This document shows, one piece after another, positions 23,560-35,487 of a stretch of 64,000 bases of DNA (the stretch's first letter is position 1; each line of letters begins with the position of its first letter). The stretch is from contig CM068771.1 of assembly GCA_035084275.1 (NCBI GenBank), forward strand, positions 1,178,001 through 1,242,000, read 5' to 3'. A program made the position numbers and the translations under genes. The notes below the pieces were generated by a model. It did not search any database and had not been told where the DNA came from. It was given only the letters and a program-made list of their open reading frames with translations. This stretch comes from Hydrolagus colliei. Taxonomy: Eukaryota.

Positions 23560-24840
23560 TCTTTAGCATTAAATATCAAACACATCTGCCAGGCAACCTC
23601 ATCCTTCTGCCCCTTATCGCTCATCAGCCCTATACTGTTTCCCTCATCCACCCCATCCTCAGCTCCTACCATAACCCCCTTCCTACATTCCTTCTTCCCC
23701 ACCTCTCCTTCCTCCCTCTATCATCCACCATCACCACTATGAAAACCCACCACCTGCTGCCTCGACCCTCTCCCCACCAACTTGCTGATTACTCACCTCC
23801 ACCTCCTCTGCCCACTGCTGGCAGAAATCATTAATCAGATCCTGAGGATCAGTCCCTCCCACCATCAGAACTGCTGTAACCACAAACCTCCATAAACACC
23901 TACCCTCATTCCCTCCAACCCCAGCCACTACCGCCCCATCTCAAACCGGCCTTTCATTGCAAAAGTTTTAGAATACATTGTTGCCAACCAACTCTCCCTC
24001 CACACCCTATTTGAACCCCTCCAATCTAGTTTCCGCCTTGCCCACAGTTCAGAGATTGCACTTGTAAAAGTCACAAATCATGTCCTCTCTATCTGTGGTC
24101 AGGGTTCCCTCTGCCTCTTTGTCCTCCCGGACCTCTCCACTGTCTTTCCTCTGTCACCCACCTCAGTGGCACCGCACTCACTCGATATGAGGCCTACCTC
24201 ACAAACTGCCAGCAGTAAATCTGTGCAATTGGTTTTGCCTCTCACTTTCACCCGGTGAACTGTGGGGTACCACAAGGGTCCACCCTTGGACCCCTTCTCT
24301 TCCTTATCTATATGCTCCCTCTTGGTGATATCATCCGCAGACTTGGGGGTAAACTTCCACATGTATGCGGATGACACCAAACTCTACTTTTTCATCTGCA
24401 AATGGCAATGCCCCACCCCCACCAGTCCACTAATATTCTGTCAGTGTGTCTGTACGACATCAAGAGCTGAATCAGTGCAAACCTGCAGTTAAATGTTGAC
24501 GTCTTCAGTCCCGTGGCTATCACCTCTCACCTCCTCCACCTAACTGACTTGTGCCTAAAACTCTCCGAACCCGTATGCAACCTAGGCATCAGATTCGACT
24601 ATTTGTGTCTGGCCTCCTCCCTGTCCCTGCACCCCGAAACTCTGGAACTCCCTCTCTCAATCCCTCCACCTCGCCCCTTCTTTTCCATTTTCAGTTCGGA
24701 CCCTAAGACCTTTCAGTTCAACTGTACTTATGGTCACCTTTCCCTTATCACAGGCTTGGCCTTGGGCTGCACTATTGTGAAATCCTCTGTTAGGCCTTCT
24801 GGAGGGCGCTTTATAAATCCAAGTTGTTGTTGTTCTTGTT
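23560..24840 (+). mobile_element. Degenerate L2 LINE in zinc-finger gene intron
   Basis: 'YRPISN.PFIAKVLE' and '[11 protein letters not shown]' motifs; tail 'gggcgctttataaatccaagttgttg'. Confidence 0.75.
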
Positions 24841-26122
24841 ATGACAGTACAAAGCCCTTCTGCCCAGTAACTGGGTTGTGAGTAACGTGGACGATCAGAT
24901 CAAAATCGTGAAATGTGTCTTCAACACATATCCCAGAGGCAAGGATGTAGCTGACCTGAGCCAAACTAACACCTGGAACTCTGAAAACAATAATCCTTGC
25001 ATTTATTCATTTTAGCCTTCACAAGCACTTTGTTCAAAGTGACAAAGTAAACTATCTCAAGACCCTCTCACAATGAGGTGAAAGTTAAATTGCAAGTTTG
25101 CAACCTTTGCAAAAATAATAATAATAACTCTTGTGTTTAATATAATGCTAATGAGGTCAAACTTCTCGAAGCTCCAAACTGGTATTGGTGGGATACATCT
25201 TCCTTTCATCATTCCAAAGAATATCATGCGAGGTTGGCAAGACCTTGGGGTGGAGGTTAAATTTTGCTTATCCAATAACACTGTTGTTAGATTTCTTATG
25301 GATTAAGGGATTTGGGGATAATGCGTACTGGTAGAGTTAGATTAGAAGATCAGCCATGATTTTATTGAATGGCAGGGCAGGCTCGAGGGGCTGAATGGCC
25401 AACTACTGCTCCTTATTCTTATGCCTAACAACAACAACAACAGTATTACACTTGTATAGCAACTTTTAAGTTGGGAGGACAATCCATGCTGCTGGATAAT
25501 CATTGTTTAACAAAGTAATTGGGCATCGGGGAGGGTGAACAAGGAGTGGGAGGATGAATGGTAACTGAAAGTACAGTCAAAGAGGGTCTTGAGATAGTTA
25601 TTGAAGGAGGAAAGTGGGTGAAGGGGAGAGACTGTGACATCGAATTCCAGATTTGCACACACAAATTATGGGGAGGGTAAGGCGGGGGACGTGAATCAGG
25701 CCTTAGCCTGCTCAACAGAGGGAGCAAGTGGTTGGGAGGGTGTTACAAGGTAGTGGGGAATGGCTTAGAGGATTAGCAGGACGTGACTGGGAAGAGTTCA
25801 ATTCATTCTATCGCTCCCATATTTTCTGTGACTCACTTTAGTCTTTAACCATGTTTCCGCTCACATTCTCATCCCCACCCTGATTGGCTTCTACCCCCAG
25901 CTCAGGTGCGAAGCCACAACAATCAAGCTCCTTGGGACATGCTCATGATGAAACGTGTTGTACCAAGCCAAATCTGTATTATATTGTGAATGCTGTGAAA
26001 GACTTGGTAACATTTCAACAACGTGGTGAGGCACTGAATCAAAAGCAACAATTACTGTGAATCTCACTTTATGATTAAAAGTATTTTTATAATGAGAAAT
26101 TCAAGAGTGATTTTTCACTTAC

Positions 26123-26263
26123 ACAGGTAATCAGCATCAGGAAGATCACTTTCCACAGTGTAAGATCTTCTCCCATTCTTTCTCAAATTATATCTGCTAC
26201 TTCCAGCCTCTCGTCCACTCGTTTGGTTGCCTTTGGAGCTGAAACTCTTTCTGGTTCGGCGCC
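26123..26263 (-). CDS. PRDM9-like gene, SSXRD-like coding exon
   Basis: tttactgtag|GG ... CTG T|GTAAGT (phase 1-1); RYNLRKNGRRSYTVESDLPDADYL resembles PRDM9 'YSLRERK..AY.E.SEP.DDDYL' (recalled), ending at the same boundary. Confidence 0.78.
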
Positions 26264-27186
26264 CTACAGTAAATATATTTTTTAAAGGATTAAGAATCAA
26301 AGTGTATACAGAGTCCTGAAAGCTCTTACAACCCACAATTTAAGATGGTGCACAATTTATGGGCAATTCAGTTCAGTTATAACCGACACTCCAGTGCCAG
26401 CACTGAGGGGAAGCCCTGCATTGTGGTTTAAATCAGGCATTATACCTGTGCCTGATCATATGGAATTACATATATCCCACAACGTTGTCCGAAAAGAGAA
26501 GCGCATTTCTCTTTTTGGTGATTTCTCTTTCGCCACAAACTAAATAAGTCAAACATTCCATGGCTGTTTGGAGCACAATGCTGCCACATTTGCTCACAAA
26601 ATAATCATAATCTTTGCATTTGATGTTTGCCTTATCATGTCTTCGAGATGTCTCAAAAGTGCTTCACAGAATATACTGTAACGCGAATTGACTGTATATT
26701 GTGTGGGTGAAACATGGTCGTCAATTCATCCTAGCTATGTCTCACAAACAGTCATAGATTGAAGTGACTAATTTTATTATTATTTATTTGTTACCCCTGA
26801 AAAAGCAATCCGCCAATCATCTAACAACCATGTTCCTTCTTGTTGCTCGATAAACAGAGGCATGTGGTATAAGGAAACATGGCCAACATTTCGCCCAAGT
26901 GGAAATCAAATCTAGGTCTCTCTTTTGCGAGACAAGTGCTTTAACCACTGACATACAGGACTCCACAATGGTATGCATGAAAAGTCCCCCAAGTATTACC
27001 AGACACGAGAGGTTATAAGGAATTTGTTCACTCTGTGCATCAATAAGAGCAACATTAAGGGTTGGGATGAGAAAATGGGATTAATGACAAAAAAAGAAAC
27101 AGAATAAGTATCAGTGGCAAAGATGCAATCGAACAAACTGCCACCCGTGTTCAATTGTTCTGTGTAGCTTTTTGCAGACAGAATAC

Positions 27187-27349
27187 CGTTATTAGATGTT
27201 TTGAGATCGTCATTGTCACTAATTGAGACTCCTCCTCTTTTGACCAGACTGCTCTCTTCATTTGCTGAACCCACAGGAGTCACATCTCTTGTGTGGTCAC
27301 CTCCATCCTCAACTGATCCCGACGGGATGTATGAGCTCTCCTTTTCGCT
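27187..27349 (-). CDS. PRDM9-like gene, internal coding exon
   Basis: gcatttcag|AGC GAA ... AAC G|GTATTC; 163 nt, phase 0-1, open and in frame with both neighbours; donor choice less certain. Confidence 0.65.
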
Positions 27350-27625
27350 CTGAAATGCAGAACATAAGCGTGTTTTCAGTATGGCTCAGTCTGTCTTACT
27401 CTCACCTCTGAGTCAGAAGGTTGGCGGTTTCAAGCTCCAAGTGTTGATTTGGAATCCATTTTGTCTAAAATGACATGGCAAAGCACTGCTTGGAGTGAGC
27501 TACACTATAGAATGAGGTCCATTTAGCTGTCCAGGTGGAGTGCTCCTCCCAATATGAAAAGAAAATCTACTTGAACTTCTCTTCTCTAGGAAAGAAAGAC
27601 ATAATCTACCCGATCTATCGAGATA

Positions 27626-28771
27626 CAGGTAAACCTCTACTTAGGACGGGGTTGCGTTCCTGAAAAACTGTATCTAAATTGAAATGTGATTTCCCATGCG
27701 GTCCCATTATATAACCAGAGATATGTTCTTTTCACAACATTTTCGGATCTTAAACCCACTAAATAACACACAAAACCACACAACATAACACACAAAATAA
27801 ACACATAGGCAAGAAAGGGTACTTGAGGTAACTGTACAGTATTGTACTTTAATACTGGCAAACGTTAATACAGTACACTACATGCAAACTTTAATACTGG
27901 CAGTGTGACAATGGCACTTGCAGCTTCCCCACTCATCTTGATGTTGTGGAGCCCATTGCATCTTTTAAACATTTGAAACCACCCTCTGCTAGCACTGAAA
28001 GATGGTGCCATTGAGCCTTCTCCTTCCTGATCATTTAACTCCCTAAACAATGGTTTTGCCTTCTCTTGGATAACCAGGATGAGTGGTACTACTTTGGTTC
28101 TATTCCTCAACCCAGACACTCAGCATTCTTTCCACGTCTTCCAGCACATCACTCCTATGTTTTGCTAATCTGCTTTGTACTCTAGCTGTAACACACCTCT
28201 AACTTGCAGTATATTGTCCTTATTCTGTTTTATAGTATAACATTGATCTAGCTAGCCCTAAAGCCCACCCGACGCCTGTACCTTTATTGCCAGACCCGAT
28301 GCGCTTTATCACCTCCAATTTAGTACTGTATTTGAAGTGATGACTTTGCGGGGTTTCTGGCCACTAATTGTATTACCGCTGTTTATTTCACTTAGTGCTG
28401 TCTCTCCCAACTTGGTAGAAGCGCAGTAGTGGCTTTAAATCGCTCGGGAATGTTCGGAAATTACTGTAATACTGACTTTGCTTGGTATCGCTTCAAATCA
28501 GCTGGCTTTTAAACAATGACGTGGCGACCTGCCATTGGCCTGTTCAAATGCTTGCATTTACCCGCGAATACACTATGGATTGTGTGTATGGACAAACAGA
28601 ACACGCAAAATGCGGCCACGATATTCAAAATATGTACTGCGCATGCACAAAAAACTAATTTGTTCGTTGAAACAAATCCGAGTGTCCTATATCGATCGAA
28701 AGATGTTAAAAAATTATGGTGCTTCAATCAAAACGTCCTAAATAGAACCATCTTAAATAGAGGCTTACCTG
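27626..28771 (-). mobile_element. Internally deleted Tigger/pogo (Tc1-mariner superfamily) DNA transposon
   Basis: Terminal inverted repeats CAGGTAAACCTCTACTTAGGACGG / CCATCTTAAATAGAGGCTTACCTG, TA on both sides; CENP-B-type HTH remnant 'FSASRGWFQMFKRCNGLHNIKMSGEAASA'. Confidence 0.9.
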
Positions 28772-29106
28772 TACCTGTTGCCCTTGGATGATTTCTAGGG
28801 TGACAGACTATTGCTATCAGGATAGATCGGATAGATTATGTCTTTCTTCCCTACAGAAGAAGTTCAAGAGAGGACACAGATAAGATGATGGTGGTACACA
28901 ACATAATTTGCTGTTGTTGTAGTTAGTGTGGGATCTAAATGAGATGCATTTTAGAGGAAGTGAGGTAGACACATGAGGAAGAAGGAAATAGAAAGGAGGG
29001 AGTAAGTATTGGATGGAGAACGGAAGATTTGGAGCAAACAGCAGGATGGACTAGCTGGACTGAATGGCCTGTTTCCATGCTGGAAATCTAATCTTCAGCT
29101 AGTTAC

Positions 29107-29178
29107 CTCCTTGCTTTTCTTCCTTGCTGGCTCCCCATTCGTGGCTTTCATCCTTATCGTCGGCTTGAAATATTTCAT
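29107..29178 (-). CDS. PRDM9-like gene, putative first coding exon (ATG at 29178)
   Basis: ttttctacctctcag|AA ATG; MKYFKPTIRMKATNGEPARKKSKE|GTAACT (phase 0); basic PARKKSK may be an NLS. Confidence 0.62.
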
Positions 29179-31068
29179 TTCTGAGAGGTAGAAAAGAAAT
29201 GGCAGTTCATATCACGGACACAAAACACTATACCCATCACAGCAGTCCTTGCCAGACTGCACTTATTCCCAATTACCAAATAGATCGACTTGAAGATCCT
29301 ATCACCAGTTTTCAAATACCGTCATGCCCTTGCACCTCCCTAACTATTCAATTTGCTTACTCCTCAACTCTAAGACCCATTGCCTCTGCTCAGCTAGATT
29401 AGGCGTCCTGTCTGCACCATCCACTGCACCATCAAAAGCCTTGCTATGAGCCACTACCCGCCAAAATTATTTCCCTCAATATATATCAACGGCAAGGATT
29501 ATTATTATTATTCTTAATATTTATTATTAATATTATTGTGATTAGCAACAGTAATATGACACACCATTAGTATGCCACACCATATAAATACCACAAAAAA
29601 ATTTGTTCACCACACCCCATTAATACCACACACCATATTAATACAACACGCACCATCAGTATACCACTGCACATCAATAATAGACAATAGCACAGTCGAA
29701 GTGGAAAGTGTCCTTCCTCCTCCACATCTGCGCTATGACCACCACCCCTGTAACATTACCTGCCAAAACCCTTGTCTACACATTCGTCACATCAAGGCTC
29801 GACTATGGAAATTCCCTCCTCTTTGGCCATGTCCCCTGCCCAACCCGCCCTGTCATCAGTGGCCGGGCTTTCAGCCTCTGCCCCCACACTCTGGAACTCC
29901 ATCCCACAGATCCTTTGCTCGCTTCCTCTTGCTCAGATCCGGATACCTGACTGTTCAGCGCCTTGGACCATGAAAGGCACTTTATAAATGTAATTGTGTT
30001 GTTGTTGAAGTTGCCTAGGGAGGGAATGAGGCGAAGGGACTGCGGGTTGGAATTCCAAAGGTGTGGCTGAAGGCTTGACCACCAATGGTGGCTGTTTGGG
30101 TGGAGGATATGAAGCAGGCCAGAGCCCACTGAGCAGAAGGAATGGAGAGGTTGGTAGGGTTTAGGAGGTCGCAGGGTTAGGATACGTAAAGGCCATGGAT
30201 GGTCTTGATGATGGGGACAAGGATCTTCAATTGAAGCGTCTGTGCGATGGAGAGACATTAATGTCCAGTGAGTATGTGGGTGATAGGTTCGCGGAGCCTG
30301 GTCCGGCGGGAGAGGACACAGGCTGCGGAGTTCTGGATTATCTTCTGCCTATGGAGAGCAGAATTGGAGAGGCCAACAAGCAGGGCTGTTTACTCCTCCT
30401 CCCCCTCGCTACTCTCTCCCATTGTGCACACCCTCCATGTCCACTTCCCGTCCCCCTTTGCTACATCAGATCTCTATACCTGTGGTTAATGGATTTCCTG
30501 TTACAACAGGAAGCCTTCTCATCAATGCAGACACATTTGAAAATAGGGCCACATTTAATACCTTATCATGCCACAAAATCTTGCTGTTTATCGCAGATGC
30601 TTTAGAGTACAATTACTAATTTGTTGATGAAAAGGCCAGCAATGGTGCACCGCACCCACACAGACATCTAATGATTAAGTCTCTCATATATATTCAGTGT
30701 CAGTGAGTGTAACATTTTGAATGAATGGAGAATGCAAACTCAGAATAATACTTTCACATGCAAGGACCCATTGAAACAAAAGGATACAGATATAGGGTTG
30801 TCATTTCGGGACAGTTATCTGGAAGTTTTCATTTATTGATCTGGATCAAGATTAATTACTGGAACAAGTTTAGGAGAAAGGGTCATCGAGGGCAAAAAGC
30901 CAGAGTTACTTTAGAATAAGTTTAAAACCGAAAACTATGGATGGTGTATTCTGTCAGATAAGCCACCACCACTACCCCACATACACATACCAAATAATCT
31001 ACTCACTATTTTTATTGCTGAGTATGGCTATAATAACAACTTATTTTTTACAACTTATTTTTTACACT

Positions 31069-31418
31069 GAGCTCCTGTGGCTCAGTGGTTAGAGCACTTG
31101 TCTTGCAAGCTGGGGAAACCAAGCTGGGGAGACCTGTGTTCGAATCCAGGCCGGTCAGGGCGAAACCTTGGGCAAGTTTCCTTACTCCACACGCCTAATA
31201 ATAATCCCTCCAAAAAAACACAATAATAAAATTGGTCATTTCAATCCACGACTGTGTGTGGGACACTGCTGTGCGCAATTGGCTGCCGCGATTCGCCGAC
31301 AAATATATACAGTGAATTCACTTTACAGTATATTCTGTGAAGCGCTTTGGGACGTTGATAAGATGTGGAAAGCGCTATATGAAATGCAAGGATTATTATT
31401 ATATTATTATTATTATTA
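31069..31418 (+). mobile_element. Full-length tRNA-derived SINE (young subfamily)
   Basis: Near copy of 8844-9190 including the internal 14-bp duplication. Confidence 0.9.
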
Positions 31419-31789
31419 CAATTGTATTTCGCCTTTCACGTTGGGACGATGTCCCAAGGCGCTGGTCAGTCAGTCGCCTGCCTGGTAATCAAACCCATTC
31501 CTCTGACTTGCGAGGGCGAGTCATCTCACCCCCAGCATCCAAATAGCAACTCATATGTCCCCTCGCAGGATCTCACACTTCTTTCTCAAGACTGAGAATA
31601 AATTGGGCTGTGGGAGGCTGCGCTGAAGGTGTCCATCTCTCCCTCTCTCTGCAAAACTGCTGCTCAAGTTCACCAGCAACTTGAGCAGGTGGGGCTACAA
31701 CTCTATTTCTCTACAAAAAAAATTACCAGAGACTGAGGCAGGAAAACTGCTGACATTTAATTCTGTTACAAGGTGAGGCAGAGTGAAAC

Positions 31790-33195
31790 ACACTTACATA
31801 GTTTCTCACACACAGGGACAGACAGGCACACACTCTCACACAGTAACCTGAGACACACCCAAATACATACATTCTCACACAGTCGTTGAGATACACAGAC
31901 ACTCACTAACACAGTCACTGAGACAGACAAGCACACACTCTCTCAGTCACTGAGACACACACACACACACAGACACTGAGTCACATACACACATTCTTAC
32001 AGTCACTGAGACACACGCAGTTAGAGACACACACATACACACACTCGTTCACTGAGATACACACATACACACACTCTCAGTCACTGAGACACACATACAC
32101 ACTCTGTCACTGACACACACACACACACTCAGTCACTGACANNNNNNNNNNNNNNNNNNNNNNNNNNNNNNNNNNNNNNNNNNNNNNNNNNNNNNNNNNN
32201 NNNNNNNNNNNNNNNNNNNNNNNNNNNNNNNNNNNNNNNNNNNNNNNNNNNNNNNNNNNNNNNNNNNNNNNNNNNNNNNNNNNNNNNNNNNNNNNNNNNN
32301 NNNNNNNNNNNNNNNNNNNNNNNNNNNNNNNNNNNNNNNNNNNNNNNNNNNNNNNNNNNNNNNNNNNNNNNNNNNNNCACACACACACTCTGTCACTGAC
32401 ACACACACACTCTCAGTCACTGACACACACACACACACTCAGTCACTGACACACACACACACACTCAGTCACTGACACACACACACACACACACACTGTC
32501 ACTGACACACACACACTCTCAGTCACTGACACACACACACACACACACTCTCAGTCACTGACACACACACACACTCTGTCACTGACACACACACACTCTC
32601 AGTCACTGACACACACACACACTCTGTCACTGACACACACACACTCTCAGTCACTGACACACACACACACACACACTCAGTCACTGACACACACACACAC
32701 ACACACTCAGTCACTGACACACACACACACACACACTCAGTCACTGACACACACACACTCTGTCACTGACACACACACACTCTCAGTCACTGACACACAC
32801 ACACACTCTGTCACTGACACACACACACACTCAGTCACTGACACACACACACACTCAGTCACTGACACACACACACTCTCAGTCACTGACACACACACAC
32901 TCTCAGTCACTGACACACACACACACTCAGTCACTGACACACACACACACTCAGTCACTGACACACACACACACTCAGTCACTGACACACACACACACAC
33001 ACACTCTGTCACTGACACACACACACTCTGTCACTGACACACACACACACTCAGTCACTGACACACACACACACACACTCTCACTGAGATCCACAAACAC
33101 AGTCTCACAGTCACCGAGACACAAAACCACAGACAGACACATACACTCTCACAGCCACACCGCACTCACTCACAGATACTCTCTCTCTCTCTCTC
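31790..33195. repeat. Compound satellite [TCAGTCACTGA(CA)n] with degenerate flanks; contains an assembly gap
   Basis: Dozens of CAGTCACTGA/CTGTCACTGA cores separated by variable CA runs. Confidence 0.95.
32142..32377. other. Assembly gap (N run)
   Basis: Run of n. Confidence 1.
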
Positions 33196-33201
33196 ACTGA
33201 C

Positions 33202-33720
33202 CGGACCCGCTATCAGGGCTCTGTTGTCCAGCCGCTCGGAGTCGCTCGGTCCCCGGCTGCTCCGCTTCTCGCAGCTTCCGCCATGTCTGATCTCCTCCTC
33301 CAACCGTCACTCTCTCCCCGCCCACTCACTTCCCATTGGTCCTTCACAAACCACCCGCCCCCTGCGACCGGGACTCGCTATGGTCAACTGGGTTGTCAAT
33401 CAGGCGCAGGCCTCTGGTTGGCCTGTAGCCACGTCAATCATCTCCCCTCCACCCGCGCCTCGCGCTCTCTGTCCAACCGTCAATCATCTGTCCCCGCCCA
33501 CCCGATCGTCTTTGATCGTTTCGAACACTCTCGAGCTCCCCATTGGTCGGAAGAGCTGTCAATCATATCAACCATCCCCGCTTCTCTTCCGCCCACTCGC
33601 TCCCATTCACAACACCCGCCTCCTGAATCCCAGCTTCCCATTGGTCACGGTGGCTATCAGTCAAGCTACCTGGCTCTCCCAACACTTACTCACTCTCCCA
33701 TTGGCTGGTTATAGTATATT
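33202..33720 (-). promoter_or_regulatory. CpG-rich promoter and putative non-coding first exon of the zinc-finger gene
   Basis: Only CpG-dense island in the window; several CCAAT boxes, TGATTGAC motifs, GC boxes, ATGGCGGAAG (YY1/ETS-like), donor CCG|GTCAGT at 33202. Confidence 0.7.
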
Positions 33721-33740
33721 CAGTCAGGTCAGGTTGATCA

Positions 33741-34058
33741 TCATAATAATAATAATCCTTGCATTTGATATAGCGCCTTTCACATCTTCTAAACGTCTCA
33801 AAGCGCTTCACAGAATATACTGCAGAGAGAATTGACTGTATATCTGTGGGGGAAACGCGGCAGCCATTTGTGCACAGCAGCGTCTCACAAACAGTCGTGG
33901 ATTGAAATGACCAATTTATTATTATGTATTTCTTTGGAGGGATTATTATTATTATTATAGGCGTGTGGAGTAAGAACATTGGCCCGGACCTGCCTGGATT
34001 CGAAAACAGGTCTCACACTTGTAAGGCGAGTGCTCTAACCACTGAGCTACAGGACTCC
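33741..34058 (-). mobile_element. Full-length tRNA-derived SINE
   Basis: Reverse-complement head GGAGTCCTGTAGCTCAGTGGTTAGAGC...GTTTTCGAATCC, core and (TTA)n tail. Confidence 0.88.
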
Positions 34059-34533
34059 ACTAAATCCACTACATCGCAAACATCTTGCAAAACATACTGA
34101 TAATTAGTAATCTAAGTCATTTTTCTCGTTTTCTTTCCTCATACGATTCATCAACATCTCAAAAGAAAACGTGTACAGGGGAGATGCACTGATTTAAACC
34201 CGACCTGAGGTTTTCTGATGCATTGGTATTGCACTCGTTACTCAAACACTGAATGACACTGGACAGAACAAATTATGACTTTCCTGCAATCAATTTTTGG
34301 TGAACATATTTTCATACAATTTCCCTGAATTTACAGAGATCTATGTGACTGATTCAATACAATTGCAAACTGTCATAAATTATCTGGAAATTGACACAGA
34401 GCGAATGCTAGATAAAATGTTCACAGTTCCTCCTTGATTTCCCTAGAACTGGAGCGGTGGACAAAATAAAATGTCCAATTAAACACAATTACATTGTATT
34501 TGAGTCACTACTGACATTGATGAGCATAACAAG

Positions 34534-34599
34534 GACCATGTGGCCTAATGGTTAAGGTGACTGACTTCCGAGAACTTGTTGACGCCATCAGAAGATTGC
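34534..34599 (+). pseudogene. 3'-truncated intron-containing tRNA-Arg pseudogene
   Basis: GACCATGTGGCCTAATGG...CTTCCG[intron ending GCC]ATCAGAAGATTGC, then cut by an L2 fragment; upstream flank homologous to the 18871 copy. Confidence 0.8.
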
Positions 34600-35061
34600 T
34601 ACTGTGACCAAAGGCGCGGTCGAAGAGAAAGGTCTTCAGCTGTGATCTGAAACTGGGAAAAGAGGGGGCGAGCTGAAGGGAGTGACAAAGGGACTTCTAG
34701 AGCCTTGGGGCATAGTGGCTGAAGGCATGGCCCCCGAGGGTGGAGTGGAGAATTTAGGGGACATGGAGGAGGTCAGACCCGGTGGAGCGAATCCAGCGGG
34801 TGCTGGTTTTGGGGAGAGGGGAGATCAGAGAGGTAGGAGGGTGCAAAGGAGTGGAGGGACTTGAAAACAAGGGTGAGGATCTTGAAGTCGATAAATCTTG
34901 ACTGTTGAGTGACTCGGGATGATCTCTTCAAGTGAAAAGACGCTATTCATATGTAATTTTGTTGTAGTTGTTGTCCTTGTATTCAAAAGGTAATCAAAGA
35001 ATCAAAGAAAATGTTGGGAGTTTTTTTTTGAAAATCAGAGGAAACGCCCAATTATACAAAA

Positions 35062-35134
35062 GCCGAAATAGCTCAGTTGGGAGAGCGTTAGACTGAAGAT
35101 CTAAAGGTCCCTGGTTCAATCCCGGGTTTCGGCA
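35062..35134 (+). tRNA. tRNA-Phe-GAA: tRNA-Phe(GAA), intact
   Basis: GCCGAAATAGCTCAGTTGGGAGAGCGTTAGACTGAAGATCTAAAGGTCCCTGGTTCAATCCCGGGTTTCGGCA; full cloverleaf. Confidence 0.97.
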
Positions 35135-35395
35135 TTCTTGTTAAGTTTGACTGTAACTCACAGCCTTGATATTTCCCAAGTCTGTCCTGTCATGAGCAGC
35201 TCTGAGATTTTATGTCCTTACGTTATCTATGGACTGTACTATCTAACAAATTGAGTCAGCGATTGATGAGCACTGTTCATTTTGGCAGAAAATGATCATG
35301 ATAAACTTTGGTAAATGTGAATGAAATCAACAAAGATTGATTCAGTTTTGTATTGCCAAGTTCATTTGTTGAAATTTCAGCTTTTTAATGAGTGT

Positions 35396-35487
35396 GGCTC
35401 GTTGGTCTAGGGGTATGATTCTCGCTTAGGGCGTTAGCAACTGAAGGAACATGCGAGAGGTCCCGGGTTCAAATCCCGGATGAGCCC
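35396..35487 (+). tRNA. tRNA-Pro-AGG: tRNA-Pro(AGG) with 20-nt intron (35432-35451)
   Basis: Same 72-nt Pro body as 11103, anticodon AGG 35428-35430, split after G37; TTTT at 35491. Confidence 0.9.

Noticed and set aside
22600-26120. Candidate zinc-knuckle or PR/SET exons (near 23400-23510, 24955-24980, 25150-25245)
   Set aside because: They give stops or no SET/knuckle motifs and overlap or abut repeat remnants; judged by eye only
32378-33080. CRISPR-like repeat/spacer appearance and SVTECVCV ORFs
   Set aside because: Spacers are only CA runs, the context is eukaryotic and there are no cas genes; it is a simple satellite
33214-33285. ATGGCG... as start codon of the zinc-finger gene
   Set aside because: Frame stops after 23 codons, before the donor; better read as a YY1/ETS motif or uORF
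33224-33835. 203-aa plus-strand ORF
   Set aside because: GC-rich promoter sequence running into a SINE tail; non-ATG start and no domain
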